A stretch of DNA of 64,000 nucleotides from a virus (taxonomy: Duplodnaviria > Heunggongvirae > Uroviricota > Caudoviricetes), in IMG/VR virus record IMGVR_UViG_3300025133_000025. One strand, 5' to 3'. Position numbers and translations under genes: made by a program. Numbering within the stretch: position 1 is the stretch's first letter; every line of letters starts with the position of its first letter. A model generated the notes under the pieces. It searched no databases and had not been told where the DNA came from. It saw only the letters and a list, made by a program, of their open reading frames with translations. Positions 55,262-64,000 of this stretch are shown here, piece after piece.

Positions 55262-55516
55262 TCACTTTCCTACCAGAGCAAGCTTAGCTGGCTCAAGTAC
55301 AAGATAAGATTTGCCAATACGAACAACCTCAAATGTGCAATCCTTTATAACTACCTGTTCACCCTCAGTGAAAATTGACCAGGTATCAGGCACGGGAGAA
55401 CCGTCAGCAAATACAAGATTACTAAGTTGTGCTAGTTCATCTACGAGGGGAGCCAGTGCTTTATCATCTGAGATTTCTTCGAATAATTGTTCAAATTGCT
55501 TTGTGTCAGGATTCAT
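55262..55516 (-). CDS. hypothetical protein (start trimmed to MNPDTKQ so the promoter lies upstream)
   Basis: ORF track start at 55567 would lie downstream of the promoter -10. Confidence 0.4.
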   Translation of the reverse strand: MNPDTKQFEQLFEEISDDKALAPLVDELAQLSNLVFADGSPVPDTWSIFTEGEQVVIKDCTFEVVRIGKSYLVLEPAKLALVGK

Positions 55517-55552
55517 TACTTGCTTTCTTGAAAATTTGAAATTGGTATATTT

Positions 55553-55583
55553 TATTTTACAACGCAATATGCTTTGCGGAATC
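55553..55583 (-). promoter_or_regulatory. phage promoter motif (ATTCCG-N14-TTGTAAAAT)
   Basis: conserved architecture in an AT-rich intergenic region. Confidence 0.4.
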
Positions 55584-55585
55584 TA

Positions 55586-56605
55586 TCACAGTCTAGTTGA
55601 ATTCTCTAGTCTTGTTCCACTTGAAATGCGTTGAAAAACTGCATTATCACGAAGGATTCGTAGATTAGATGCACCTGAATATGATAGGCCTGACCTCACG
55701 CCGGCTGCTAGCTCCAGCACGACATTTGCGACTGGGCCGGCGTAGGGCACTGTGGTGTTGATTCCTTCTGCAGCTATATGCGAGCTTGTTCGATTTGGAT
55801 TATCGTTGTATGCTTCCTTTGAAGCCATGCCCCGATATACTTTGAACTTACCGTCCGGTGTATCAATCACTGCCCCGGGAGTCTCGTCTGTCCCTGCTAG
55901 GAGCCCGCCAATCATGACAGCATCAGCGCCTGCTGCAAGTGCTTTCACGATATCACCTGACGTTTTGATTCCTCCGTCAGCAATTATTGACACGCGATTT
56001 TCAATTGATTCTTTAATGTTTAAGATTGCAGATAACTGAGGGAACCCATGACCTGTGACTGATCGCGTTGTGCAGACAGCACCAGGGCCTACACCAACCT
56101 TAATCACATTTGCTCCAGCGTCGTACAAGCGCCAGGCAGCTTCTGGTGTGGCAACATTTCCAGCTACGATTGTAAGTTCAGAGCGATCTTCTACAGAATC
56201 TCTAACTAATCTAATCATGGCAAGAACGTGCTGCGAATCGCCATGCGCAATATCAATCAAGAAGTGGCGAGCACCCGCAGCAATGGCATCCTTGATAAAA
56301 AGTAATTCGTTTGTACCAACGCCGATTGTGACAGGGAGACCAGCTTTTGCCCAAGCAAGCCTCTCCTCAAGTGTTGTAAAGCGATGCAGATATGCAAAGC
56401 CCCCGATGCCCTTTGCTGTCATTGCAGTAAACATTTCAATGCCTGAAATTGTATCCATGTTGGCCGCGATTATCGGCAACTCTAAACTTAGACCATTGAT
56501 GGATGTCTTCAGCGAAACTTGCCTACGTGATTGAACATTAGAAAATCGTGGCGAAAGAATTACATCATCATATGTAAATGCCTCTTGTGCAACAACAACT
56601 GCCAT
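55586..56605 (-). CDS. guaC: GMP reductase (IMPDH/GMPR family without CBS domains)
   Basis: [11 protein letters not shown] and [16 protein letters not shown] catalytic loop; 339 aa. Confidence 0.7.
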   Translation of the reverse strand: MAVVVAQEAFTYDDVILSPRFSNVQSRRQVSLKTSINGLSLELPIIAANMDTISGIEMFTAMTAKGIGGFAYLHRFTTLEERLAWAKAGLPVTIGVGTNELLFIKDAIAAGARHFLIDIAHGDSQHVLAMIRLVRDSVEDRSELTIVAGNVATPEAAWRLYDAGANVIKVGVGPGAVCTTRSVTGHGFPQLSAILNIKESIENRVSIIADGGIKTSGDIVKALAAGADAVMIGGLLAGTDETPGAVIDTPDGKFKVYRGMASKEAYNDNPNRTSSHIAAEGINTTVPYAGPVANVVLELAAGVRSGLSYSGASNLRILRDNAVFQRISSGTRLENSTRL

Positions 56606-56826
56606 TATTCTTCCATGACTATTGTAAAATCGACGCCGTACGGCTCAAGACTGACATTGCTTTGATCTACACCAACCAGCTTCTTGTCAACCCCACCATT
56701 GCCGTAGTATGCTGTTAGCTCTGGGCATATTTCTTCTGCAAGCAAAAGGGCCTCATCCTCGCTATCAGCCTCAAGTGTTACTTGGACTTCTACGTTGGCA
56801 TTTCCAATTACTACGTACGTTGGCAT
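56605..56826 (-). CDS. hypothetical protein
   Basis: ORF track 73 aa. Confidence 0.4.
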   Translation of the reverse strand: MPTYVVIGNANVEVQVTLEADSEDEALLLAEEICPELTAYYGNGGVDKKLVGVDQSNVSLEPYGVDFTIVMEE

Positions 56827-56827
56827 T

Positions 56828-57430
56828 TTAACCTCGCTTTAAAGTGTAATCATACAACAACACATTGGCTGCTTGTGAAGTGTTGAGACAAACACCCATA
56901 CCAGGCATGGGAACCTCAACAATTTGCGAATTTAACAATAAGGCTGTTGGTACGCCAACAGCTTCATGCCCAACAATAATTGTCACAGGGCCAGTAGGCC
57001 ACTGGAAATTGTGTAAGCTAACAGCCCGCTCATGCAATTCAGCAGCAACAAGCGTGCGTCCAACTGACCTTATAAGAAAACTCTCTGGGTTACTGTACTG
57101 TTTAATGTCAAGATAGTCAACAGTTGAACCGCTTTTATTTTTTAGCACGTGATGCTTTGGCAAATGTCCGATAACATCAACACCCTCTGCGCCGAAGCAT
57201 GCAGCCGCCCGAATAACAAATCCAAGATTCTCATCAATACGAAAATTCACTGTTGCTATGCGTAGAGGAAAAACTTTTGCGTGTAAAAGTTTTGCGTCGA
57301 CACGCTGACGACGCGTAGGTCCGGAGCGTATGAATTTATCTTGTTGTAATTGACCCTTAGCCACAATAAATTGAGCATTTCTTACATGGGCAAACAAGAC
57401 CAATTGGTCTGTCATGCTCAAAACCATCAA
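56828..57430 (-). CDS. SPOUT (SpoU/TrmH-type) RNA 2'-O-methyltransferase
   Basis: IVGHEAVGV ... EVPMPGMGVCLNTSQAANVLLYD motifs. Confidence 0.65.
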   Translation of the reverse strand: MMVLSMTDQLVLFAHVRNAQFIVAKGQLQQDKFIRSGPTRRQRVDAKLLHAKVFPLRIATVNFRIDENLGFVIRAAACFGAEGVDVIGHLPKHHVLKNKSGSTVDYLDIKQYSNPESFLIRSVGRTLVAAELHERAVSLHNFQWPTGPVTIIVGHEAVGVPTALLLNSQIVEVPMPGMGVCLNTSQAANVLLYDYTLKRG

Positions 57431-57791
57431 GCAAACAAGGCTGCTCTGGCAATTTCTTCATGCTTTCATTAAATGAATCAAAGCTCTTATCCACCTGTGG
57501 CGAAACAAAGATATCCTTTATCAGCTCAAATGGATCGACAAAACGTTCTTGGGTGGGAACTCCCGAATGTTCAGCACGCGCGGCACCCAGAAACGCTTCG
57601 CCGATTTCTTTTGCAACTTCCCTTGACAATGTCCAAGCGCGGCTTCTATTAATCGTCTTCTCACTTAAAAAGATGTGACCATTACGAATATCAAGCTGTA
57701 AGATTGCGGTTTGTTCTGCAATGGATTCATTACCATCACCTGGTTTATAGGGAAATGTAACTTTAAAAGTTGTTAACTTTTCTGTTCCCAT
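57357..57791 (-). CDS. hypothetical protein
   Basis: ORF track 144 aa. Confidence 0.4.
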   Translation of the reverse strand: MGTEKLTTFKVTFPYKPGDGNESIAEQTAILQLDIRNGHIFLSEKTINRSRAWTLSREVAKEIGEAFLGAARAEHSGVPTQERFVDPFELIKDIFVSPQVDKSFDSFNESMKKLPEQPCLLDGFEHDRPIGLVCPCKKCSIYCG

Positions 57792-58318
57792 TAAAGTGCC
57801 TCAGAGAAAATGTCACCGCCACATGTGATTGATTGCTCAATAGCTGCACCAACAGCTTCACGAACAAAATCCTCAGGATATTGAACACCACCATCACGCT
57901 TGTACAGCAGCTTCATAGCAGTCATGGCATGCGTTCCACCGCTGCCACAAACAGCAATACCGTTCTTTCCGGGAAGCACAATCACTGTGCCCGCCCCTGA
58001 CCATGCTGCATCTTTTGTAACAAGCACAAAACCAAATCCATCAGCCTGGTCTGCCGGCATACCAAGATCAATGTTCTGTTGCTTAATCCAGTCAGCAAAC
58101 TTTGCAACATCATCTTTTGTATTCAATGGACCAGACCAATTAGAAATTTTCTTTCGCACAACTTCAAGTGTCGCAGCGAAACCTGCAATCCCAACGAGAA
58201 ATGATCCTGCATTAATCACCTTAGATCCCATGTTCAAAGGTGTGTCACCCAACGTGGCTTGTGAATCACTTGCAATTGCTGCGCCATTACTTCCTGCGAA
58301 ACCTGCAATAACTGTCAT
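57791..58318 (-). CDS. HslV-like Ntn-hydrolase peptidase
   Basis: M-TVIAGFAG ... SDSQATLG, with Thr right after the start as nucleophile; start trimmed to MTVIAG. Confidence 0.6.
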   Translation of the reverse strand: MTVIAGFAGSNGAAIASDSQATLGDTPLNMGSKVINAGSFLVGIAGFAATLEVVRKKISNWSGPLNTKDDVAKFADWIKQQNIDLGMPADQADGFGFVLVTKDAAWSGAGTVIVLPGKNGIAVCGSGGTHAMTAMKLLYKRDGGVQYPEDFVREAVGAAIEQSITCGGDIFSEAL

Positions 58319-58608
58319 TATTTTGCCCTCACTTGTTGCCATCCAGCATCTTCCATTTCACCTGTAAACGCAATGTGCGTTCGTGAAATTCGTGTGATCA
58401 CGCCCTCAGCAAGAAGACTATTGAGATGACGATAGAATGGTTGTAGCATTCCTTGATAGCCTGCGGCTGTTCGTCCAAAAAGTGTAGAAGACCATTTACT
58501 TTCTACATTTGCAATAGCATCGGCGCGCTTTGCAAGCTTACGTGTAGTTGCAACACCATTCAATTGCTCGAGTGCTGTTAGAATTGCATATTCATATTTG
58601 TTGTACAC
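58318..58608 (-). CDS. hypothetical protein (possible winged-helix)
   Basis: ORF track 96 aa. Confidence 0.4.
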   Translation of the reverse strand: MYNKYEYAILTALEQLNGVATTRKLAKRADAIANVESKWSSTLFGRTAAGYQGMLQPFYRHLNSLLAEGVITRISRTHIAFTGEMEDAGWQQVRAK

Positions 58609-59021
58609 TATTGAACCCTAACCATCGTCTCTTGGTCATAAAACCAGGGTGATACGTAATATCCGCGGTACATGATTTGCTCAAATACCTTTCCCCAACC
58701 GTCAGACCACTGGTCTGACGTTACACCAGTCAAGCGGCCAAGTTCATCTGCCGATGGGATGTGTTTTGGATCAACTGTCTCAAATACAGTTCTTATCCAT
58801 AGCAGGCCTTCTTGAATGAAAAACGAGCAGTTGCCACCCACAAACATATCAAGCTCATCATACGATGTCCAGCATAACGACAACTCTTCTTCCTCACCAA
58901 CTGCGCCAACTAATGATTGCAGCGCCGACAAAGAATAAACTGGATCTGCACCTTCGTCAGCCCAATCACCGTCTTTGTAATAGACCTTGGCTTCGCCTTC
59001 AACGAAGATTTTCATTTTCAC
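58608..59021 (-). CDS. hypothetical protein
   Basis: ORF track 137 aa; GTG start in track, ATG 6 nt later has an AGGAG RBS. Confidence 0.4.
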   Translation of the reverse strand: MKMKIFVEGEAKVYYKDGDWADEGADPVYSLSALQSLVGAVGEEEELSLCWTSYDELDMFVGGNCSFFIQEGLLWIRTVFETVDPKHIPSADELGRLTGVTSDQWSDGWGKVFEQIMYRGYYVSPWFYDQETMVRVQ

Positions 59022-59029
59022 TCCTACCT

Positions 59030-59060
59030 TTATTATACTTCTTTGAATATAACGCGGAAT
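59030..59060 (-). promoter_or_regulatory. phage promoter motif (ATTCCG-N14-AAGTATAAT)
   Basis: conserved architecture. Confidence 0.4.
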
Positions 59061-59587
59061 TATTTTTTACCTGGCCAGCCACCTGGATAACAGTGTGTGC
59101 ACGAAAAGCTACCACACATTGTGTAACTACAATCATGCCACTCAATTGCGCTAGTAGGTGTTGGTAATTCAAGTGCTTGCTCTGTAGGTGGTTCCTGCGC
59201 GGGCAACTCTTCGTCAAGCCTCACATGCGTCACATCAACTTTCTCTTTAAAGGCTGCCATGAATTCGTCAGGCGTAACTTCGAGGAGAATTAAAACCTCA
59301 AGAAGAAAGCGTTGCGCATCAACAAATTCTTCGACAAACGCTGCACGATCCCAAGAGTCTTGGTCACTCCTCCATGGCTTCCCTGCCTTCAGATGTTGCA
59401 GTGCTTCAAAGATTTCTTCAACAGCACGAGTTCCAACATCTCTGAGGAAAGCGAATGATTCCTTCTCATTCATGTCCAGCGGAAACTCAGGAAACCCTGA
59501 CACTTTCTGCAGGCGGCGCATGAAGCTGGTCTGTAACATGAACATGTCATGCAGCATATCATCGCCCTCATGCGCCCCATTATTCAT
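59060..59587 (-). CDS. possible MazG-like all-alpha NTP pyrophosphohydrolase
   Basis: RAVEEIFEALQHLKAGKPW helix typical of MazG/dimeric dUTPase-like proteins; tentative. Confidence 0.35.
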   Translation of the reverse strand: MNNGAHEGDDMLHDMFMLQTSFMRRLQKVSGFPEFPLDMNEKESFAFLRDVGTRAVEEIFEALQHLKAGKPWRSDQDSWDRAAFVEEFVDAQRFLLEVLILLEVTPDEFMAAFKEKVDVTHVRLDEELPAQEPPTEQALELPTPTSAIEWHDCSYTMCGSFSCTHCYPGGWPGKK

Positions 59588-59877
59588 GCTGACAGGCCTG
59601 CTAGCTGCTGCTGCTCACTGTCATCTGCAACTGCTGCAAGGCGCGACGTTGTTGTTCGCAGATCTTGCATTGCATTCATTAATTCTCTTACATTCGGGCC
59701 GCGCTCATTTGGTTCACGCGGATCATTAGCCAACTGCTGGATCTTTGCCATTACAAGTGAAATATCAGCGTCGACCGCTGCTGTCCATGACTTCTTGCCA
59801 GATCGCTGCTTATTCAGGTTTGCTTGTGCTGCTGCTCGCATTTTTTTCTCTCTCCATCTTTTAATTGAGCCCCACAT
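59584..59877 (-). CDS. hypothetical protein
   Basis: ORF track 97 aa. Confidence 0.35.
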   Translation of the reverse strand: MWGSIKRWREKKMRAAAQANLNKQRSGKKSWTAAVDADISLVMAKIQQLANDPREPNERGPNVRELMNAMQDLRTTTSRLAAVADDSEQQQLAGLSA

Positions 59878-60221
59878 TATGCTCTCCTGACAGCATCGTC
59901 AGTTACAGCAAAGTGGTGACCTCCTTCGTACCAATAATCAATGATTATTCGATTATTATGTGGTTCTTCAATATATTTGCAAAACATTCCAGTATGCTCA
60001 CCACGCAAATCTGTTTTGAAAACAACGTTGTTACCAAAGCGGAATTCATAAGGATTAAATGGCGGTTTTGGCTTGATGAGGCCATCAGCAACTGCCTGCG
60101 CAAGAACCTTCATGGAAATTCGCTTCTTCTTGTAGCGCGTTTTGATAACAGCCTTTTGTGTGTTTGTTAGCTCTGCTACTGTAATTCCAATGTCAAATTC
60201 ATCGTTTGTTGGTCTAGCCAT
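59877..60221 (-). CDS. hypothetical protein
   Basis: ORF track 114 aa. Confidence 0.4.
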   Translation of the reverse strand: MARPTNDEFDIGITVAELTNTQKAVIKTRYKKKRISMKVLAQAVADGLIKPKPPFNPYEFRFGNNVVFKTDLRGEHTGMFCKYIEEPHNNRIIIDYWYEGGHHFAVTDDAVRRA

Positions 60222-60438
60222 GTTGCACTACAAAGAAAGTATGAAGATTATAATCAGTGTCTTCTGCGCCGAAGAAGAAACCTTCGCCTGTCTCTTCGGA
60301 ACAATCAACCGCTGTGTTAACAAAATCGATCTTTTTGTAATAGCCAGGCTCTGTTCCATCGTCATCATAGATGACGATATCGAGCTCACGATCAAGCTTG
60401 GCAAGCATACTAATTACTTCTTTGACTTTCATCCGCAC
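60214..60438 (-). CDS. hypothetical protein
   Basis: ORF track 74 aa. Confidence 0.4.
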   Translation of the reverse strand: MRMKVKEVISMLAKLDRELDIVIYDDDGTEPGYYKKIDFVNTAVDCSEETGEGFFFGAEDTDYNLHTFFVVQHG

Positions 60439-63005
60439 TTACTCCAGCCGCAATCGCACTTTACACAATTCTCTTCGTAGATTAAGAAGCTGCTACCGCA
60501 ACTCAGGCACTCAGGATCAACTGCTTTTGCAACTTCAACCTGCTGCTCTTGTGTTAAGTACTTCTTGAGAATTCTTGACAAAATTGTTGAAAAATCAAAC
60601 ATGCTGCCCTGGCATTTAGCAAGCTGCTGTACAATAAACCTAGGTGGTGTTCCATGGCGTAATGATGTTGACAGCAACCTTGTAAATGCTGACTGCTCAT
60701 CAGTCTGCAACAGATCAGCTATATTTTCAAGAACAACGATTTCATTACCATCTAATACATTGTAAATCCCAGATGAATCCTTGGAAACAACGTAGTTTTC
60801 ATCTCTACGGATAACAAAATCATCAGGCGGATGTGCACCAGCAAAAACTTCGTACAGTTCACCATCAAGAAGTCCAACAACAACAAGCCATGGAACACCT
60901 TTCACACGAGCCCTGTGAAGCTCTGCAGGGAGAATCCTCCCTCGTTTCGGGGCCTTTCGGCGTGAGATCTTTGCAGGTGCCTCTTTTACACCGACAGCTT
61001 CAAGGACTTGAATCTTTGATCCATCTCTATAGACTGTCACTGATTTACAACCTAACTGATAAGCAAGCTTGTACGCATCCTCAACATCCTCAACAGTTGC
61101 GCTATTTGGAAGATTGATTGTCTTACTTACGCCACTATCATTATGCCTTTGAAAAACCGCGAGCATCTTAATATGGTCTTCCACACTAATCTCAGATGCT
61201 GCCTCAAAGTAGTCAGGAACTTGAAGAATGTGTTTGATTTCATCCATCGGAAGATCTTCATCAAGATACTCCAAAAACGATTCCCACAAGCCTTCGCTGC
61301 GAAGCCACTCGCCAAATGCATAAACAGTATTAACATAACTGCCGACTCGACTGTTCTGCCTAAAGGCAAGGAAGTAGCCGGGTTCGCAACCTGTTGTGAA
61401 TCCAGTGATCGTTCCCCCTGTCCCAACAGGGGCTTGCGTCAAACCCGTAATATGACGGATGCCGTGCTTAGCAATTGCTTCTTGCACATCAGCAGGAAGC
61501 CTCTTGAAAAATGCACTCTGACTATATCCCTCAAAGTCAAATACCGGAAACGGGCCTTTCTCTTTCGCAAGCTCAATAGACTCCCAATATACTTCTTCCT
61601 TGAAGGTTCGAAGAATTGACTCTGCAACTGCTCGTCCCTGAATTGAGCTGTACGCTTCACCCATAAGCATGAGCGCATCAGCCATACCTGTTGTTCCCAG
61701 ACCAATTCGGCGCTCCTTCTCACGCATTGTATCAATGCCCTCAATGCCGACATGCGTCTTATCAGCAACACATTCAAGCCATTGGACACCAATGCGCACT
61801 ATACGCTTAAACTCATCAATGTCAAAGGTGCCCTGCTTTACAAACGAAGCAATAACAATTGAGCTCAGAATACACGACGCATCAACAGGCATCCACTGTT
61901 CACCACATGGGTTGCAGCTTGACATTGGGTGACAGTATTCACCGTTGTGGAAAGCGCGAATAATATCTGTGAATGCAATGCCAGGGCAGCCGTCTTCCCA
62001 GGCAGCTTGTGCCATTTCATGAAACCACTCACCAGTTGTTTGGCGATATGGGCCGCGGATAAGTTCAAGATTAGCATTAAAGAAAGGTGCCTCTGCAGAC
62101 GCAAGAAGCTCTGCATCTTCGATATTCGGTGCTGTCACTGTACGATTAGTGTACGATCCAGACCGCTTATCAAGAACCTTATAATCGTATAAGAACCACT
62201 CGTCTTCACCCCAGAATGTTGACCATTCATCTTTTCCACCGGCCAGTACATCATCCATAAAAATGTCAGGTACCCCTGTTGTGATGTTAAACCTCTGGCC
62301 TGAATAATCATGCTTCCACTGGAATCTTGCAAACGCAGCTTCATCTGTTATGTCAGCAAACTTTCGAATATTTTCCCAATTGTTATCAGCCTTAAAGTGA
62401 ATCCATTCCTTTAGGCTTGGGTGTCGAGCGTCAAGCGTGCCCATATTTGCGCCGGATCGATTTCCACCCTGCTGGATATTCTTACTCGCGTGGGAGGTGT
62501 CAATGAGGAATCCAATAGGGCCTGACGCACGAGCGGATACAGTTTTACATACAGAAATTCTTGGTCTAAGGTTTGACCAATCAAGTCCTGTGCCGCCGCC
62601 CTGACGCTGGACTTTAAAGTGTTGCCTTTTGAATTCGCTAATTGAATCACTGTCATCTTCAATCCCTAATACAAAGCAGTTTGAATAATTCTTTGTACCC
62701 GTTCCTGCCTGAGCCATTTGCCGGCCTGCGGGAAGAAGTTGCTTCATACACATCGCCTTAAGGATCTGTACACGCAACTCTACATCATCAACAATTTCAT
62801 CTGTTATACGAACAAAGCAATCGTAAATATGGTGCTCAACTGGCTGGCCGCTAGGACCCTTCAGCGCATATCTGGCCTTCCACACGTCGTAGTGCTTTGG
62901 GTTGATAAAGTAATATTCGTCAATTGTGCGTTTGCCATCGGCTTCGAGGGGCCTAGAGAAATCTAACTTATTAACAACTTCGTAAAGAACTTCCCTGCCT
63001 ACCAT
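60429..63005 (-). CDS. nrdJ: class II (adenosylcobalamin-dependent) ribonucleotide reductase with C-terminal Cys zinc ribbon
   Basis: 858 aa; NCFV and QGGNRSGA motifs; C-terminal CLSCGSS ... CVKCDCGWSKC. Confidence 0.8.
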   Translation of the reverse strand: MVGREVLYEVVNKLDFSRPLEADGKRTIDEYYFINPKHYDVWKARYALKGPSGQPVEHHIYDCFVRITDEIVDDVELRVQILKAMCMKQLLPAGRQMAQAGTGTKNYSNCFVLGIEDDSDSISEFKRQHFKVQRQGGGTGLDWSNLRPRISVCKTVSARASGPIGFLIDTSHASKNIQQGGNRSGANMGTLDARHPSLKEWIHFKADNNWENIRKFADITDEAAFARFQWKHDYSGQRFNITTGVPDIFMDDVLAGGKDEWSTFWGEDEWFLYDYKVLDKRSGSYTNRTVTAPNIEDAELLASAEAPFFNANLELIRGPYRQTTGEWFHEMAQAAWEDGCPGIAFTDIIRAFHNGEYCHPMSSCNPCGEQWMPVDASCILSSIVIASFVKQGTFDIDEFKRIVRIGVQWLECVADKTHVGIEGIDTMREKERRIGLGTTGMADALMLMGEAYSSIQGRAVAESILRTFKEEVYWESIELAKEKGPFPVFDFEGYSQSAFFKRLPADVQEAIAKHGIRHITGLTQAPVGTGGTITGFTTGCEPGYFLAFRQNSRVGSYVNTVYAFGEWLRSEGLWESFLEYLDEDLPMDEIKHILQVPDYFEAASEISVEDHIKMLAVFQRHNDSGVSKTINLPNSATVEDVEDAYKLAYQLGCKSVTVYRDGSKIQVLEAVGVKEAPAKISRRKAPKRGRILPAELHRARVKGVPWLVVVGLLDGELYEVFAGAHPPDDFVIRRDENYVVSKDSSGIYNVLDGNEIVVLENIADLLQTDEQSAFTRLLSTSLRHGTPPRFIVQQLAKCQGSMFDFSTILSRILKKYLTQEQQVEVAKAVDPECLSCGSSFLIYEENCVKCDCGWSKCG

Positions 63006-63958
63006 TATTGATTGGCCTTCTTCCTAGCAAACGCCTGCTTCATAATCTCAAACTTTGATGTCTCATCAAGCGGTCCGAGATCCCTGACTTCTTGATTTTC
63101 ATCAGGAAGCAAGAACTCAATTGTTGATGACGATGTATTCATCATGATTGGATAGATAATACCGTCGCGGCCTGATCTGTTCTTGGCCAGTAACGACCTT
63201 CCACCTCCATCCATCTTGTCACGATTTGTTCTTGAAAGAGTTAAGATAACATCTGCAATTTGAGCCTTGGCGTACGCTTCACCAATTGCTGAAATTGTGA
63301 CAAGCTCTGCATCATGGGCGCCACGATTTGCCTGTGAGGCGGTCCAGATTGGAAGTTCTAATTCATCACCCAACGCACGCAACTCTTCGTACAGCAGTTC
63401 AAGCTCATATCTCTTTGCTTCATATTGCTTTGATGAACGGAGAAGATCAGCGTAATCAACGATGATAAGATCGGGAGTAAACTCACGCGATTTCAATCGC
63501 TCAATATGCGCTGATAATTGCGAAATGCCTGCCTTCTTGGTTGGATATTTCTTAATAATGAGCTTTCCCGTGACCTCCTTCAAACGATCCTTCAGAATCG
63601 GCACAAGGCCTGGAACATCTTCAAATTTAGCTCCGAGTAGATTTGCATCATACCGTCGAGCAACAATCGATTCACGAAGCTCAAGAGTGTAGTGAAGGAC
63701 GTTGAAGCCCTGTTGGATTGCAGCAGAGCCTAGAGCAACAAGAAAGTGTGACTTACCAGCACCTGTTGGTGCAATAACAACACCAAGCTCGCCCTTTCCA
63801 AGGCCACCCTGCATCTCATTATTGATGATTGGCCATGGCGTCGGAACTGGGCAGCGGTCAGCATCATCTTGCATACGCATGAAAATTTCATCTTCGCCAT
63901 CATATTCATGCCCGACGTTTTTCTCAACGCCGAGTTCAACAGCATGTTTCAAGCGCAT
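63005..63958 (-). CDS. DnaB-family replicative helicase (RecA-like core)
   Basis: Walker A APTGAGKSHFLV; DnaB C-terminal-domain-like motifs. Confidence 0.7.
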   Translation of the reverse strand: MRLKHAVELGVEKNVGHEYDGEDEIFMRMQDDADRCPVPTPWPIINNEMQGGLGKGELGVVIAPTGAGKSHFLVALGSAAIQQGFNVLHYTLELRESIVARRYDANLLGAKFEDVPGLVPILKDRLKEVTGKLIIKKYPTKKAGISQLSAHIERLKSREFTPDLIIVDYADLLRSSKQYEAKRYELELLYEELRALGDELELPIWTASQANRGAHDAELVTISAIGEAYAKAQIADVILTLSRTNRDKMDGGGRSLLAKNRSGRDGIIYPIMMNTSSSTIEFLLPDENQEVRDLGPLDETSKFEIMKQAFARKKANQ

Positions 63959-64000
63959 GACAACAGCACCGTATTTATCGTGCTTGAGATCGTCAACAGC

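Noticed and set aside
1-64000. Searched for CRISPR arrays, integrase or transposase genes, att-like repeats flanking islands, and capsid or terminase genes
   Set aside because: No spacer-repeat periodicity was found. No recombinase motifs were seen in any long ORF. No structural-module signatures appear in this window.

Overview
This window reads as a replication, nucleotide-metabolism and RNA-maintenance region of a large (probably jumbo) tailed phage. It is gene-dense, with small overlapping ORFs and no integrase, capsid or terminase gene. Average GC is about 45 percent, with short islands near 65 percent.

Genes at 1..13045 are on the plus strand; everything from 13184 to the end is on the minus strand.

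Calls I can support from the sequence:
- DnaE-type polymerase
- DnaB-family helicase
- class II ribonucleotide reductase
- ATP-dependent DNA ligase with an N-terminal WGR-like domain
- GMP reductase
- dCMP deaminase next to a ThyA-fold enzyme
- HslV-like peptidase
- AAA+ ATPase
- lambda-type Ser/Thr phosphatase
- SpoU-type RNA methyltransferase

The four most unusual observations:
- an 880-aa major vault protein homolog (30645..33287)
- a tRNA healing/sealing module (P-loop kinase, two Rnl1-family RNA ligases, HAD phosphatase, metallophosphoesterase), next to an 18-locus minus-strand tRNA array that includes one tRNA with a roughly 90-nt insertion in the anticodon loop
- the ThyA-fold enzyme carries Asp where thymidylate synthases have Asn; it sits in an operon with dCMP deaminase, a kinase-like protein and an unknown 380-aa protein, suggesting cytosine modification (hydroxymethyl-dC)
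- a 13-copy phage promoter motif, TTTCCG-N14-TGnTAnAAT

Coordinates derived by hand (tRNAs, promoters, small ORFs) may be off by 1-2 nt. ORF-track starts appear to allow GTG/TTG, so several true starts may be internal.
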